From positions 1 to 62,159 of the forward strand of contig JAYOED010000006.1 in assembly GCA_038106575.1 (NCBI GenBank): DNA of 62,159 nucleotides. Direction: 5' to 3'. This document shows positions 40,024 to 48,900 of the stretch, in pieces (within the stretch, counting starts at the first letter, position 1; every line of letters begins with the position of its first letter). The position numbers and the translations under genes were made by a program. Below the pieces are notes generated by a model, which ran no database searches, was not told where the DNA came from, and saw nothing but the letters and a program-made list of their open reading frames with translations. This stretch comes from Burkholderiales bacterium (GTDB taxonomy: Bacteria > Pseudomonadota > Gammaproteobacteria > Burkholderiales > SG8-41).

Positions 40024-41421
40024 TCAGGTCCGCGCCGCCAGCAGCTGGATCAGGCGGTCCAGGCTGGCTGCGCCGGCAAAACCGCTCACCTCGTCGAGTA
40101 AGGCATCAACCTGCTCCGGGGTGTAGCGTCTGTTCATTTCTGCGCTGAAGCGTGCGATGTGGTCATCCATCGTGAACGGCCGCGATGCGCTGCCCTTCGG
40201 GGCCTCGATAAAGGTCTCGACGGTCTTGCCGGATGTGAGTCTGAAGGCGACTTTCGCACCCACCGACTGTTCGGTGCTGACCCGCTCGGCATCAGGGTCC
40301 AGCGCGCAGTCGATGGCTTTTGATATTGCCATGGTCTGCGGATCGGCTAGGGCAGCGTCGAAATCGTCGATGTTGATGGCAAAGCCCGCGGGCACGTCCC
40401 TGCCTTTGCGCACCACCATCGCCATGCAGAACGGCAAACTCATCTGCCCCGCTTGCACGTCCTTGGGTTCACCAACGGTCAGCCGCCCCTGAATGATTTT
40501 AGGAATGCCGACGCGGATGGATTCAATGTCGTTCGCGGTGAGGCCGTTGTCCCGGCACAAATGCGCAGTAGCCTCAATCGCAGACAGCACGCGGGCACTG
40601 GTGGCATGCGGCTTGATCGCTGTTTCAAGCAGCCGCCAATCACTACCGATGCCGGCTAGTCCCTTGTCAAAATCATGACCGTCGGCATAGGCGCGCGCAA
40701 AACCGTCCTTGCCCTCGAGTATGTCGGCGGGACCCGAGAAGCCGGCTTCGGCCAGCAAAGCGGCATGTACGCCTTCGCCGGCAGCGTGCGCAGCGTGGAT
40801 ACGCTTCACCGTCGATCCGGAATGATAGAACTGCGTCAACCCGCCGCTGAATGACGCCACGAGGCCGATGGATTCGGCTATGCGTTGCGCGCGGTCAGCA
40901 CCGTTGAACAGCAGACTTGCGGCGGCAGTGGCGGCGCCGAAACCGCCGCAGGTCGCAGTGCTCTGGAAGCCGCGACGGAAATGCGAGGGCTGGATCGCGA
41001 GCCCGATACGGATCATGTTTTCGTAACCGGCAGCAATTGCGGCGAGTATCCGCTCGCCGCTGCATTGACGCGCTTCGCCGATGGCCAGCGCCGCCGAAAT
41101 CACGATGCAGCCCGGATGCAGCATCGAGCCCACGTGCACGTCATCGGCGTCAATGCTGCCCGAATAAGTCGCGTTAACGAACGCCGCACGCTCGGGATCG
41201 GTGCGGTCGTGCGAAAAAAGCAGCGTCGATTGTTCACGCCCGCCAAGTTCACGTGCGAGATTGGTCGCCCACGCGCTCCAGCTCATACGCTGCCCCAGCG
41301 AGGCGACGCGCAGATAGTCGAGCAGGTACACGGTCAGCGCCGAGCGTACGGATGTCGGCAATGCCGCATAATCCAGTCCGGCGGCGAATTCGGAAAAACG
41401 CAGGGTTTCTTTCACGGTCAT
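40024..41421 (-). CDS. MmgE/PrpD-family protein (2-methylcitrate dehydratase-like)
   Basis: 465 aa. The length and sequence pattern fit the PrpD fold (N-terminal FAAGLDYAALP...). Confidence 0.85.
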   Translation of the reverse strand: MTVKETLRFSEFAAGLDYAALPTSVRSALTVYLLDYLRVASLGQRMSWSAWATNLARELGGREQSTLLFSHDRTDPERAAFVNATYSGSIDADDVHVGSMLHPGCIVISAALAIGEARQCSGERILAAIAAGYENMIRIGLAIQPSHFRRGFQSTATCGGFGAATAAASLLFNGADRAQRIAESIGLVASFSGGLTQFYHSGSTVKRIHAAHAAGEGVHAALLAEAGFSGPADILEGKDGFARAYADGHDFDKGLAGIGSDWRLLETAIKPHATSARVLSAIEATAHLCRDNGLTANDIESIRVGIPKIIQGRLTVGEPKDVQAGQMSLPFCMAMVVRKGRDVPAGFAINIDDFDAALADPQTMAISKAIDCALDPDAERVSTEQSVGAKVAFRLTSGKTVETFIEAPKGSASRPFTMDDHIARFSAEMNRRYTPEQVDALLDEVSGFAGAASLDRLIQLLAART

Positions 41422-41707
41422 CGACTCACTGTGTTTTATAACTAATTGTTTTAAAAAGTTTTATTAAAAATTCGCCTCCATGATTAACAGCGAATTTTTT
41501 GGTAATGGCGAGGCGCTATTGTAAGCGGGGGCGTTTCATCACCGGCGCTTTTGACCACATGCTGAATGCCAATGCATGCAGTGACGGCCTCGTACCGGCC
41601 GCCGGTAGGCGCAAGACCGTAGTCGTGCGTTAAGTCTATGGCCTGCCCGAGGCACATCTTTCCACCTGAGGCCGCGGGAACCGCATCCGAACTGATAAAA
41701 TGTCTAA

Positions 41708-42862
41708 ATGAAAATAATCAAACTGATACCGCAAAGTAAGTACGGCTGGCTGCGTGCAACCGCCTGCGCTCTCGTGTTCTGCTTCACGGCTGCCAACGCG
41801 GCCCAGCAAGCCCCGACACAACCTTCTAGTATCGACTCCGTCGCCCGCCTGATCGCCGGCCTGACGCCGTCCAATCCTGAGCATGTTGAACTGGCTGCCG
41901 GCAACTCGTGGCAAAAACACAGCACAGCCATGCTGAAATCATGGTCAAAGGTCCGCGACGGCCAGCTAGCCGCGATGAAAACCTGGCGCGCCGCGGAGCT
42001 ACCGGCAAAATGCCCCGTCGGCAACACACTGTTCTACCCGTTCAGCGGCCCCGACTTCCTCAATGCATGGACGCTGTTTCCAGATTGCGAAACCTACGTG
42101 ATGTTCGGCCTCGAACCAATCGGCAAGATGCCTGATCCGTCAAAAATGGGTCCGAAAGAATTCGCGAAACTGCTGGCTACCGTGCGCGATGCGATGGCCA
42201 ACCTGTTCGAGCGCAATTACTTCGTCACCAACACCATGCGCCGCAACCTGCGCACCGAGCAGCTGCGCGGCGTGGTGCCGATCTTCACGATGTCGATGGT
42301 GTTTTCGGGCGTCGAAGTGGTCGGTATCGGACCAGCGCCGTTTCCAAAATTAACCGGAAAGAAATCCCGGCTCGACGGCATGGCCATCGATTACCGGGTG
42401 CCGGGCAGCGGGCGCACGCAGCGGGTGATCTACTATTCGGTCGACATTTCGGACAAGGGCCTTGCTGACTATCCGGAATTCCTGACCTACCTTCGCGGGC
42501 TGACGCCGACCACGACTTTGGTCAAGGCGGCTTCGTACCTGATGCACATCAAGGAGTTCAGCAAGATCCGCGGTGTATTGCTTGATACCAGCGAATTCCT
42601 GCTGCAGGACGATACCGGCATTCCATACAACTTCCTGGTAAAGCGCGGATTTACCGTGCAGCCCTACGGTATCTACAAGAAACCGATCCCGCCGTTCGAG
42701 CCGCAGTATCAGCCCTCGCTGAACGCGCTCTACCAGTCGACCAAGGCACCGGCGCTGCCGTTCCGCTTTGGGTATCACACCTCCCTGGCTGAGAGCCGCT
42801 CGACCCTGCTGATCGGACGGCGCACGCAGCCGGCTCCGCAACAACGATCGGATGCCCGTTAG
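41708..42862 (+). CDS. secreted hypothetical protein
   Basis: 384 aa, with a clear signal peptide (…ALVFCFTAANA-AQ). I do not recognise any family motif. Confidence 0.6.
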   Translation: MKIIKLIPQSKYGWLRATACALVFCFTAANAAQQAPTQPSSIDSVARLIAGLTPSNPEHVELAAGNSWQKHSTAMLKSWSKVRDGQLAAMKTWRAAELPAKCPVGNTLFYPFSGPDFLNAWTLFPDCETYVMFGLEPIGKMPDPSKMGPKEFAKLLATVRDAMANLFERNYFVTNTMRRNLRTEQLRGVVPIFTMSMVFSGVEVVGIGPAPFPKLTGKKSRLDGMAIDYRVPGSGRTQRVIYYSVDISDKGLADYPEFLTYLRGLTPTTTLVKAASYLMHIKEFSKIRGVLLDTSEFLLQDDTGIPYNFLVKRGFTVQPYGIYKKPIPPFEPQYQPSLNALYQSTKAPALPFRFGYHTSLAESRSTLLIGRRTQPAPQQRSDAR

Positions 42863-43757
42863 CGATGGCCAGCTGACACCGTCCAGCCTTCTGGCGTGTG
42901 CCTGGCTGCTGTTTGTCGCACACGCCGGCTGCGCATACTCCATGGATCCCCGGCTCTACAGCACCAGCTTTCTAACCAGCGATGGCGTAAAGCTCCATGT
43001 GGTCGAGTCATGTCCGGGCGGCGCTGATGCGCAGCAGGCCCGCGCTCCTGTCATCGCATTCGTCCCCGGCTGGTCCATGCCCTCATCGAGCTGGCGCGAA
43101 CAGTTGGTGGCACTGGGCGCCACTCACTGCGTTGCCGCGCTCGACCCGCGCGGCCAGGGAGAATCCGATCTGCCCGCTCAGGGTTATGCCATCGAGCGAC
43201 GCGCCGCGGACGTTGCCGAATTCATCGCGCGCTATCCGCAGGTGATTCTGGTCGGCTGGTCGCTGGGCGCGCTGGAAGCGCTGGAGTGCATCAACCGTCA
43301 CGGCCACGACAATATCCGTGCACTAATCCTGGTCGACAGCTCCGTGGGTGAAGAACCGGCCCCAGCGTCCGAATCCGGCCCGGGTTTCAAGGAAAAACTG
43401 CGGGCAGACCGTGAGGGAACGCTCGATGAATTCGTCCGAGCCATATTCTCTGCAACGCGGGAAGAATCCGAAATTGAATCCCTGATCCGGTCTGCGCTGC
43501 GCCTGCCGCTGGATGCCAGCCTGTCCCTGTTCCCTTCTGCCGTGCCGCGCACGCACTGGCGCGACATCGCCTGGGCATTTCCCAAACCACTGCTCTATGC
43601 GGTCAGCCCGCAGTTTGCGGAACAGGCACGCTCTTTGCAGCACAACCGTCCCGGGACGCAAATCGAAATCTTCGAGGAAGCCGGACATGCATTGTTCGCC
43701 GACGAGCCTGAACGCTTCACCGAACTGCTGGTGAAATTCGCCGCGGGCGCGCGCTAG
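42852..43757 (+). CDS. alpha/beta-fold hydrolase
   Basis: Nucleophile elbow GWSLGA, PGWSMPSSSW and a C-terminal GHALF His motif. The start is either 42852 (hydrophobic N-terminus LLACAWLLFVAHAGC) or ATG 42942. Confidence 0.75.
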   Translation: MPVSDGQLTPSSLLACAWLLFVAHAGCAYSMDPRLYSTSFLTSDGVKLHVVESCPGGADAQQARAPVIAFVPGWSMPSSSWREQLVALGATHCVAALDPRGQGESDLPAQGYAIERRAADVAEFIARYPQVILVGWSLGALEALECINRHGHDNIRALILVDSSVGEEPAPASESGPGFKEKLRADREGTLDEFVRAIFSATREESEIESLIRSALRLPLDASLSLFPSAVPRTHWRDIAWAFPKPLLYAVSPQFAEQARSLQHNRPGTQIEIFEEAGHALFADEPERFTELLVKFAAGAR

Positions 43758-43822
43758 CACATTGCTTTTTCAACTACCCGTCAGGCCACGGACAGATACG
43801 ACTTGATATCCACCTCGTCAAT

Positions 43823-44149
43823 TTACTCCAGCGCCATGAATTTCTGCGCGTATTCGCGATATATGCCCGAGCGCAGAAACAGGTCAAACAGTTGCGGATC
43901 AATGTGCCGGTCCTTTTTCATGAAGGACATGATCTTGATCGTCCCAGACAGTGTCTTGCCTTTCTCGTAGGGTCTGTCCGTCGAGGTCAAGGCCTCGAAA
44001 ATGTCGGCAATCGCCATCATCTGCGCCACCGGACTCATTTTCTCTTTCTTCAACCGCTTCGGATAACCGGTGACGTCCATTTTCTCTTGATGGCCTCCGG
44101 CAATTTCCGTAACACTGCGCAAATGCTTCGGGAACGGCAGTTGAGTCAC
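43823..44149 (-). pseudogene. C-terminal remnant of an HD-GYP-domain phosphodiesterase
   Basis: Only about 108 codons remain: ...IAGGHQEKMDVTGYPKRL...IADIFEALTSTDRPY. The GYP part is present but there is no HD part or N-terminal domain. The upstream space is occupied by an intact ADH gene. Confidence 0.55.
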
Positions 44150-45180
44150 CCCATCAACAATGCCGCACGCCCTGTAACTGCTGCACTTTCCAGCCGCTGG
44201 TGTATCGCTTCGGCTTCGGTAAACGGCACTTTCTCAGTCACCATCGGCCACAGGTCGCCGCGAGCGACCAGCTCCAGCGATTCGATCACTTCCTGTTTGG
44301 TGGCATAGCGGCTGCCCATCACCTCGATTTCCTTGCGCATGATCGAAGGTGCATCGGCATCAAAGCGCTGCCCGTTGCCGGCAAGCAGTACTAGCCGGCC
44401 GCCCTTGTTAAGTCCGGCAACGGAATCCTCGATCGATTGTTTGCTGCAGACAAAATCGAATATCACATCCACCAGTTTCCCGCCGTTGACCTCGCGCAAT
44501 TGCTCGGCAACCTTACCGTCGGAGGCGTCAATCGTCGCATCCGCACCAGCCTTCAGGCAGGTCTCGAACTTGGATGCCATGGTGTCAACGGCAATCACCT
44601 TGCGTGCATGCGCCCAGCGAGACACCATCAGCATGTGCACGCCGAGTCCGCCGCCGGCACCGATCACCGCTACCGTGTCGGTCACAGCGACGCGCGCCTT
44701 GCGCGTCACCTTGACCGGCGTAGCGATCGCATCACAAATCACACCGCATTCGGCAGGATGCCTTTTCCAGTCCATGGCCTCTGGCAGGGGTATGAAGTTT
44801 TCCGCCGGCAACTTCATGTATTCGGCATAACCGCCGTCGCATTCGCGACCGACATAGCCGGAGAAGTTGTCGCACAGCGTTTCGCGGTTGATGCGGCACC
44901 AGTAGCAATGACCGCAATTGAGATAGAAATATGCGGTGACTGCATCACCCTTCTTGAGCCGGGTCACGCCTGCGCCAGTGGCGACAATTTCGCCTGTAAT
45001 TTCATGGCCAACAATGCGCGGATATTGCAGGTTCAGTCGACCTGCACGGGCATGGTGCACGGTCAGACCTGCTCCGCAAGCCAGTACCTTTGCCACTGCC
45101 TCGCCGGGGCCCGGCACCGGATCCGGTACGTTTTCAATGACAAACGGCTGGTTTTTCCCCTTCAACAACATCGCCTTCAT
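44146..45180 (-). CDS. zinc-dependent alcohol dehydrogenase family protein
   Basis: 344 aa, with GHEITGEIV, the structural-Zn CGHCYWC cluster and the NAD motif VIGAGGGLGVH. Confidence 0.85.
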   Translation of the reverse strand: MKAMLLKGKNQPFVIENVPDPVPGPGEAVAKVLACGAGLTVHHARAGRLNLQYPRIVGHEITGEIVATGAGVTRLKKGDAVTAYFYLNCGHCYWCRINRETLCDNFSGYVGRECDGGYAEYMKLPAENFIPLPEAMDWKRHPAECGVICDAIATPVKVTRKARVAVTDTVAVIGAGGGLGVHMLMVSRWAHARKVIAVDTMASKFETCLKAGADATIDASDGKVAEQLREVNGGKLVDVIFDFVCSKQSIEDSVAGLNKGGRLVLLAGNGQRFDADAPSIMRKEIEVMGSRYATKQEVIESLELVARGDLWPMVTEKVPFTEAEAIHQRLESAAVTGRAALLMG

Positions 45181-45368
45181 GTAGCCCCTCCTTTGCGCAC
45201 ATCTTAACGCAGCCGCGCTGCCGACACCCCTATTGGTCCAGTCAGATTTATGGCAGGTATTTTGACGTAAAGCAAAGCGCTGTCCTTTCTGCCCATTACC
45301 AAGGACAAAACCTCAAAGCCTAAGTGGTCTTCCCCACGGATACCTGTGAAAACTGCTGGAGTATCTGC

Positions 45369-45770
45369 ATGAAAGTCGTTGTTGTTCTGGGCGGCATCAC
45401 CTCGATCAGGAGTAGCGAGCATCCTGACGCAGAAGTGCATCGCTGGAACGTCGCCCGTGCGGCTGCGGCCATGGCAGCAGTTTCCCGCACCCATGAAGTT
45501 ATAGTTACTCATGGCAGCGCCACAGATCGGCATACTGGCAATGCAGGGCGACGCCTATTCAGCAGTCAATCCTTATCCGCTCGACGTACTGGGCGCCGAA
45601 ACCGAAGGCATGATCAAATACATGACCGAGCACGAACTGCGCAGCCTGCTACTCAACCGTCATATGTCACCCTGTTGATGCAGATTGAAGTCAGTCACCG
45701 CGACGCTGCCTTTCGCCGCCCGGAAACCGCACTCGACTTTACCGTGGATGCTGGCCTGATTGCTCCCTGA
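45369..45770 (+). pseudogene. arcC: frameshifted, 3'-truncated carbamate kinase remnant
   Basis: MKVVVVLGG...HEVIVTHGS, then a frame change to [35 protein letters not shown], then another to [19 protein letters not shown]. Only about 135 of roughly 310 codons are recognisable. Confidence 0.6.
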
Positions 45771-45912
45771 GCGATCTGATGCGCAGCGATAGGCCACCTA
45801 AAAGCCGTTACAATTCCGGACCGGGTTGCGGGCGATAGTCAGGGGCATTGCCCGCCGCTGCCCCGCCCTGCACTTCCACCCTGAACACGTCCCGGATGCC
45901 CTCAGCCTGCGC

Positions 45913-48900
45913 ATGGATATGCCTGAACACGACAACGATCGCATCGTCATCCGCGGCGCGCGCCAGAACAATCTGAAAAACCTGAATCTCGATCTGCCGC
46001 TAAACGAGCTGGTAGTGGTCACCGGTATCTCCGGCAGCGGCAAATCTTCGCTGGTATTCGACACACTCTATGCAGAGGGCCAGCGCCGCTACGTCGAAAC
46101 CTTCTCGCCTTACGCGCGCCAGTTCCTCGATCGCCAGGACCGTCCGCAGGTAGACAGCATCGAGGGCATTCCACCGGCCATTGCCATCGATCAGGTCAAC
46201 CCGGTCCGCACTTCACGCTCAACGGTCGGCACGATGACCGAGCTCAACGATCATCTGAAACTGCTGTTCGCCCGCGCGGCGCATCTGCACTGCCGCGGCT
46301 GCGGTGCGAAGGTGGTGCGCGACAGCCCGCAAACGATAATTGCGTCATTGCAGTCGCGGGCACGAGAAGCCAAAGATCCGCGGCTGGCCATCACCTTTCC
46401 GGTCTCAGTACCGGCAAATTTCAAGGCCGAAGAAGTTAGGGCCCTGCTTACGGCACAGGGTTACACGCGTTTCCTGCGTGAGGACAAAAGCGGTTTCGAA
46501 GTGGTGCAGGACCGGCTGCGCTTGGGCAACGCTGAACGGGTGCGGGTGGTCGAGGCCATCGAGGCGGCGCTAAAAGTCGGCCAGGGTCGCGTCAACGTGC
46601 ACCAGTTGGCAGATGCCGATTCCAACACGGGCAGCGGCACGGTCTGGAAATACTCGGCCGACCTGCACTGCGCCGAATGCGACATCCATTACACCGAACC
46701 CAATCCAAGCCTATTCTCGTTCAATTCGCCGATGGGTGCCTGCGACACCTGCCGCGGCTTCGGTCGCGTGATCGGCCTCGACTACGGACTGGTAATTCCG
46801 GATGAATCGAAATCGCTGCGCGACGGTGCGATCAAGCCCTGGCAAACGCCCTCCTACAAGGAATGCCAGGACGACCTAATGAACTACGCGCGCAAGCGTG
46901 GCATTGCAGTCGACCGGCCCTGGCGCGAGCTGTCTGCAAAGGAAAAACGCTGGGTGCTCGACGGAGAGCCGGACTGGATCAACTGGCGCAAGTCATGGCC
47001 GGGCACCTGGTACGGCGTCTCTCGCTTCTTCAAGTGGCTGGAAACCAAGGCCTACAAAATGCATGTTCGCGTGCTGCTGTCCAAATACCGGGCCTACACC
47101 GAATGCACGACCTGCACCGGCGCCAGACTAAAGGCCGAGGCGCTGCTGTGGCGCATCGGCTCGGCGGATAACGCCCGCGGCGCGCTGGCCAGCCGGCCGC
47201 GCCACCGGCCGCAGGGCATGAATCTCAACGAGAAACAGCTCGAAGCATTGCCCGGCCTCACTTTGCACGACGTGATGCTGCTGCCGCTGGAGCGCACCAA
47301 GGTTCTGTTCGAAAAACTGGAACTGCCGGCGCCTCTGGATGAAGCCACCGACATGCTGGTCGGTGAAATCCGCACCCGGCTCGATTATCTGAACCAGGTC
47401 GGGCTCGGCTATCTGACGCTGGACCGCCAGTCGCGCACGCTGTCCGGCGGTGAAGTACAACGTATAAATCTCACCACCGCCCTCGGCACCTCGCTGGTCA
47501 ATACGCTGTTCGTGCTCGACGAGCCTTCAATCGGACTGCATCCGCGCGACATGGGTCGCGTCATCGGCGTCATGCACCGTCTGCGCGACGCCGGCAATTC
47601 GCTGGTCGTGGTCGAACACGATCCGCAGGTGATGCTCGCCGCCGACCGTCTGCTAGACATCGGCCCCGGGCCGGGATCTAAAGGCGGTGAAATCGTCGCC
47701 TTCGATACGCCGGCACGGGTCACGCGCAAACTCAATTCCATCACCGGTCGCTATCTCGCCGGCGAATTGCGCGCCGACAATGCAGTAGAAGTGAAACCGC
47801 CCGCAAAAAACGGGCCCTGCATCCGCCTTCGCGGCGCAGCCGAACACAACCTTAAACGCATCGACGTCGATTTCCCGCTACAGCGGCTCGTTTGCATTAC
47901 CGGGGTTTCCGGTTCCGGCAAGTCGACACTGGTGCAGGACGTGCTGCATGCCGCGCTGCGCAAGGCGCTGGGCAAGCCGACAGAGATCCCGGGGAAGCAC
48001 GATCATCTCTACGGGGCAGATCAAATCGGCGACGTGATCATGGTCGATCAGTCGTCGATTGGCCGCACTACGCGTTCCAACCCTGCGAGCTACGTAGGCG
48101 CATTTGACGCCGTTCGTTCGCGTTTCTCTTCGACGCCGCTGGCGCAGTCCCGCGGCTACACCGCGGGCACATTCAGCTTCAATTCCGGCACCGGCCGCTG
48201 TCCGACCTGCAGCGGAAACGGTTTCGAGCATGTCGAGATGCAGTTTCTCTCCGACGTCTTTCTGCGCTGTCCGGACTGCGACGGACGGCGCTATCGCGCC
48301 GAAGTGCTCGAAATCACCGTCTCCGGAAAGTCGATTGCCGATGTGCTCGAAATGACGGTAGCCGACGCACTAGAATTCTTCGGTCATGCGCCAGACGTCT
48401 CGCGCGCGTTGCAGCCACTGGTCGATGTCGGTCTCGATTACCTGAAGCTGGGACAGCCAGTACCGACGCTATCAGGCGGCGAAGCGCAACGCCTCAAGCT
48501 CGCCGGTTTCCTCGCAGCAGCCGCGACCGGTCCGAACGCGAAAGGCACAAAAAAAACGCTGTTCCTGTTCGATGAGCCGACCACCGGGTTGCACTTTGAC
48601 GACGTACGAAAGCTCCTTGGCGCATTCCGCAAACTGCTTTCGGCAGGACACTCGCTGATCGTCATCGAGCACAATCTTGACGTAATCCGCGCCTCCGACT
48701 GGATCATCGATCTCGGCCCCGAAGGCGGCGATGCCGGGGGAACGATGTTGTGTAACGGCACGCCGGAGGCCATTGCCGCACAGGAAAACTCACATACCGG
48801 TAAGGCGCTGCGTGATTACGCCGCCGCACTCGGCACGCCCGCAGCTCCACCGCAAGCGCTGCCAGCAACCGTCGCACGCCACGGCGATGCCATAAGCGTC

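Noticed and set aside
45204-45533. 109-aa minus-strand ORF between the ADH gene and the UvrA-like gene.
   Set aside because: It is antisense to the recognisable carbamate kinase remnant and has no motifs.
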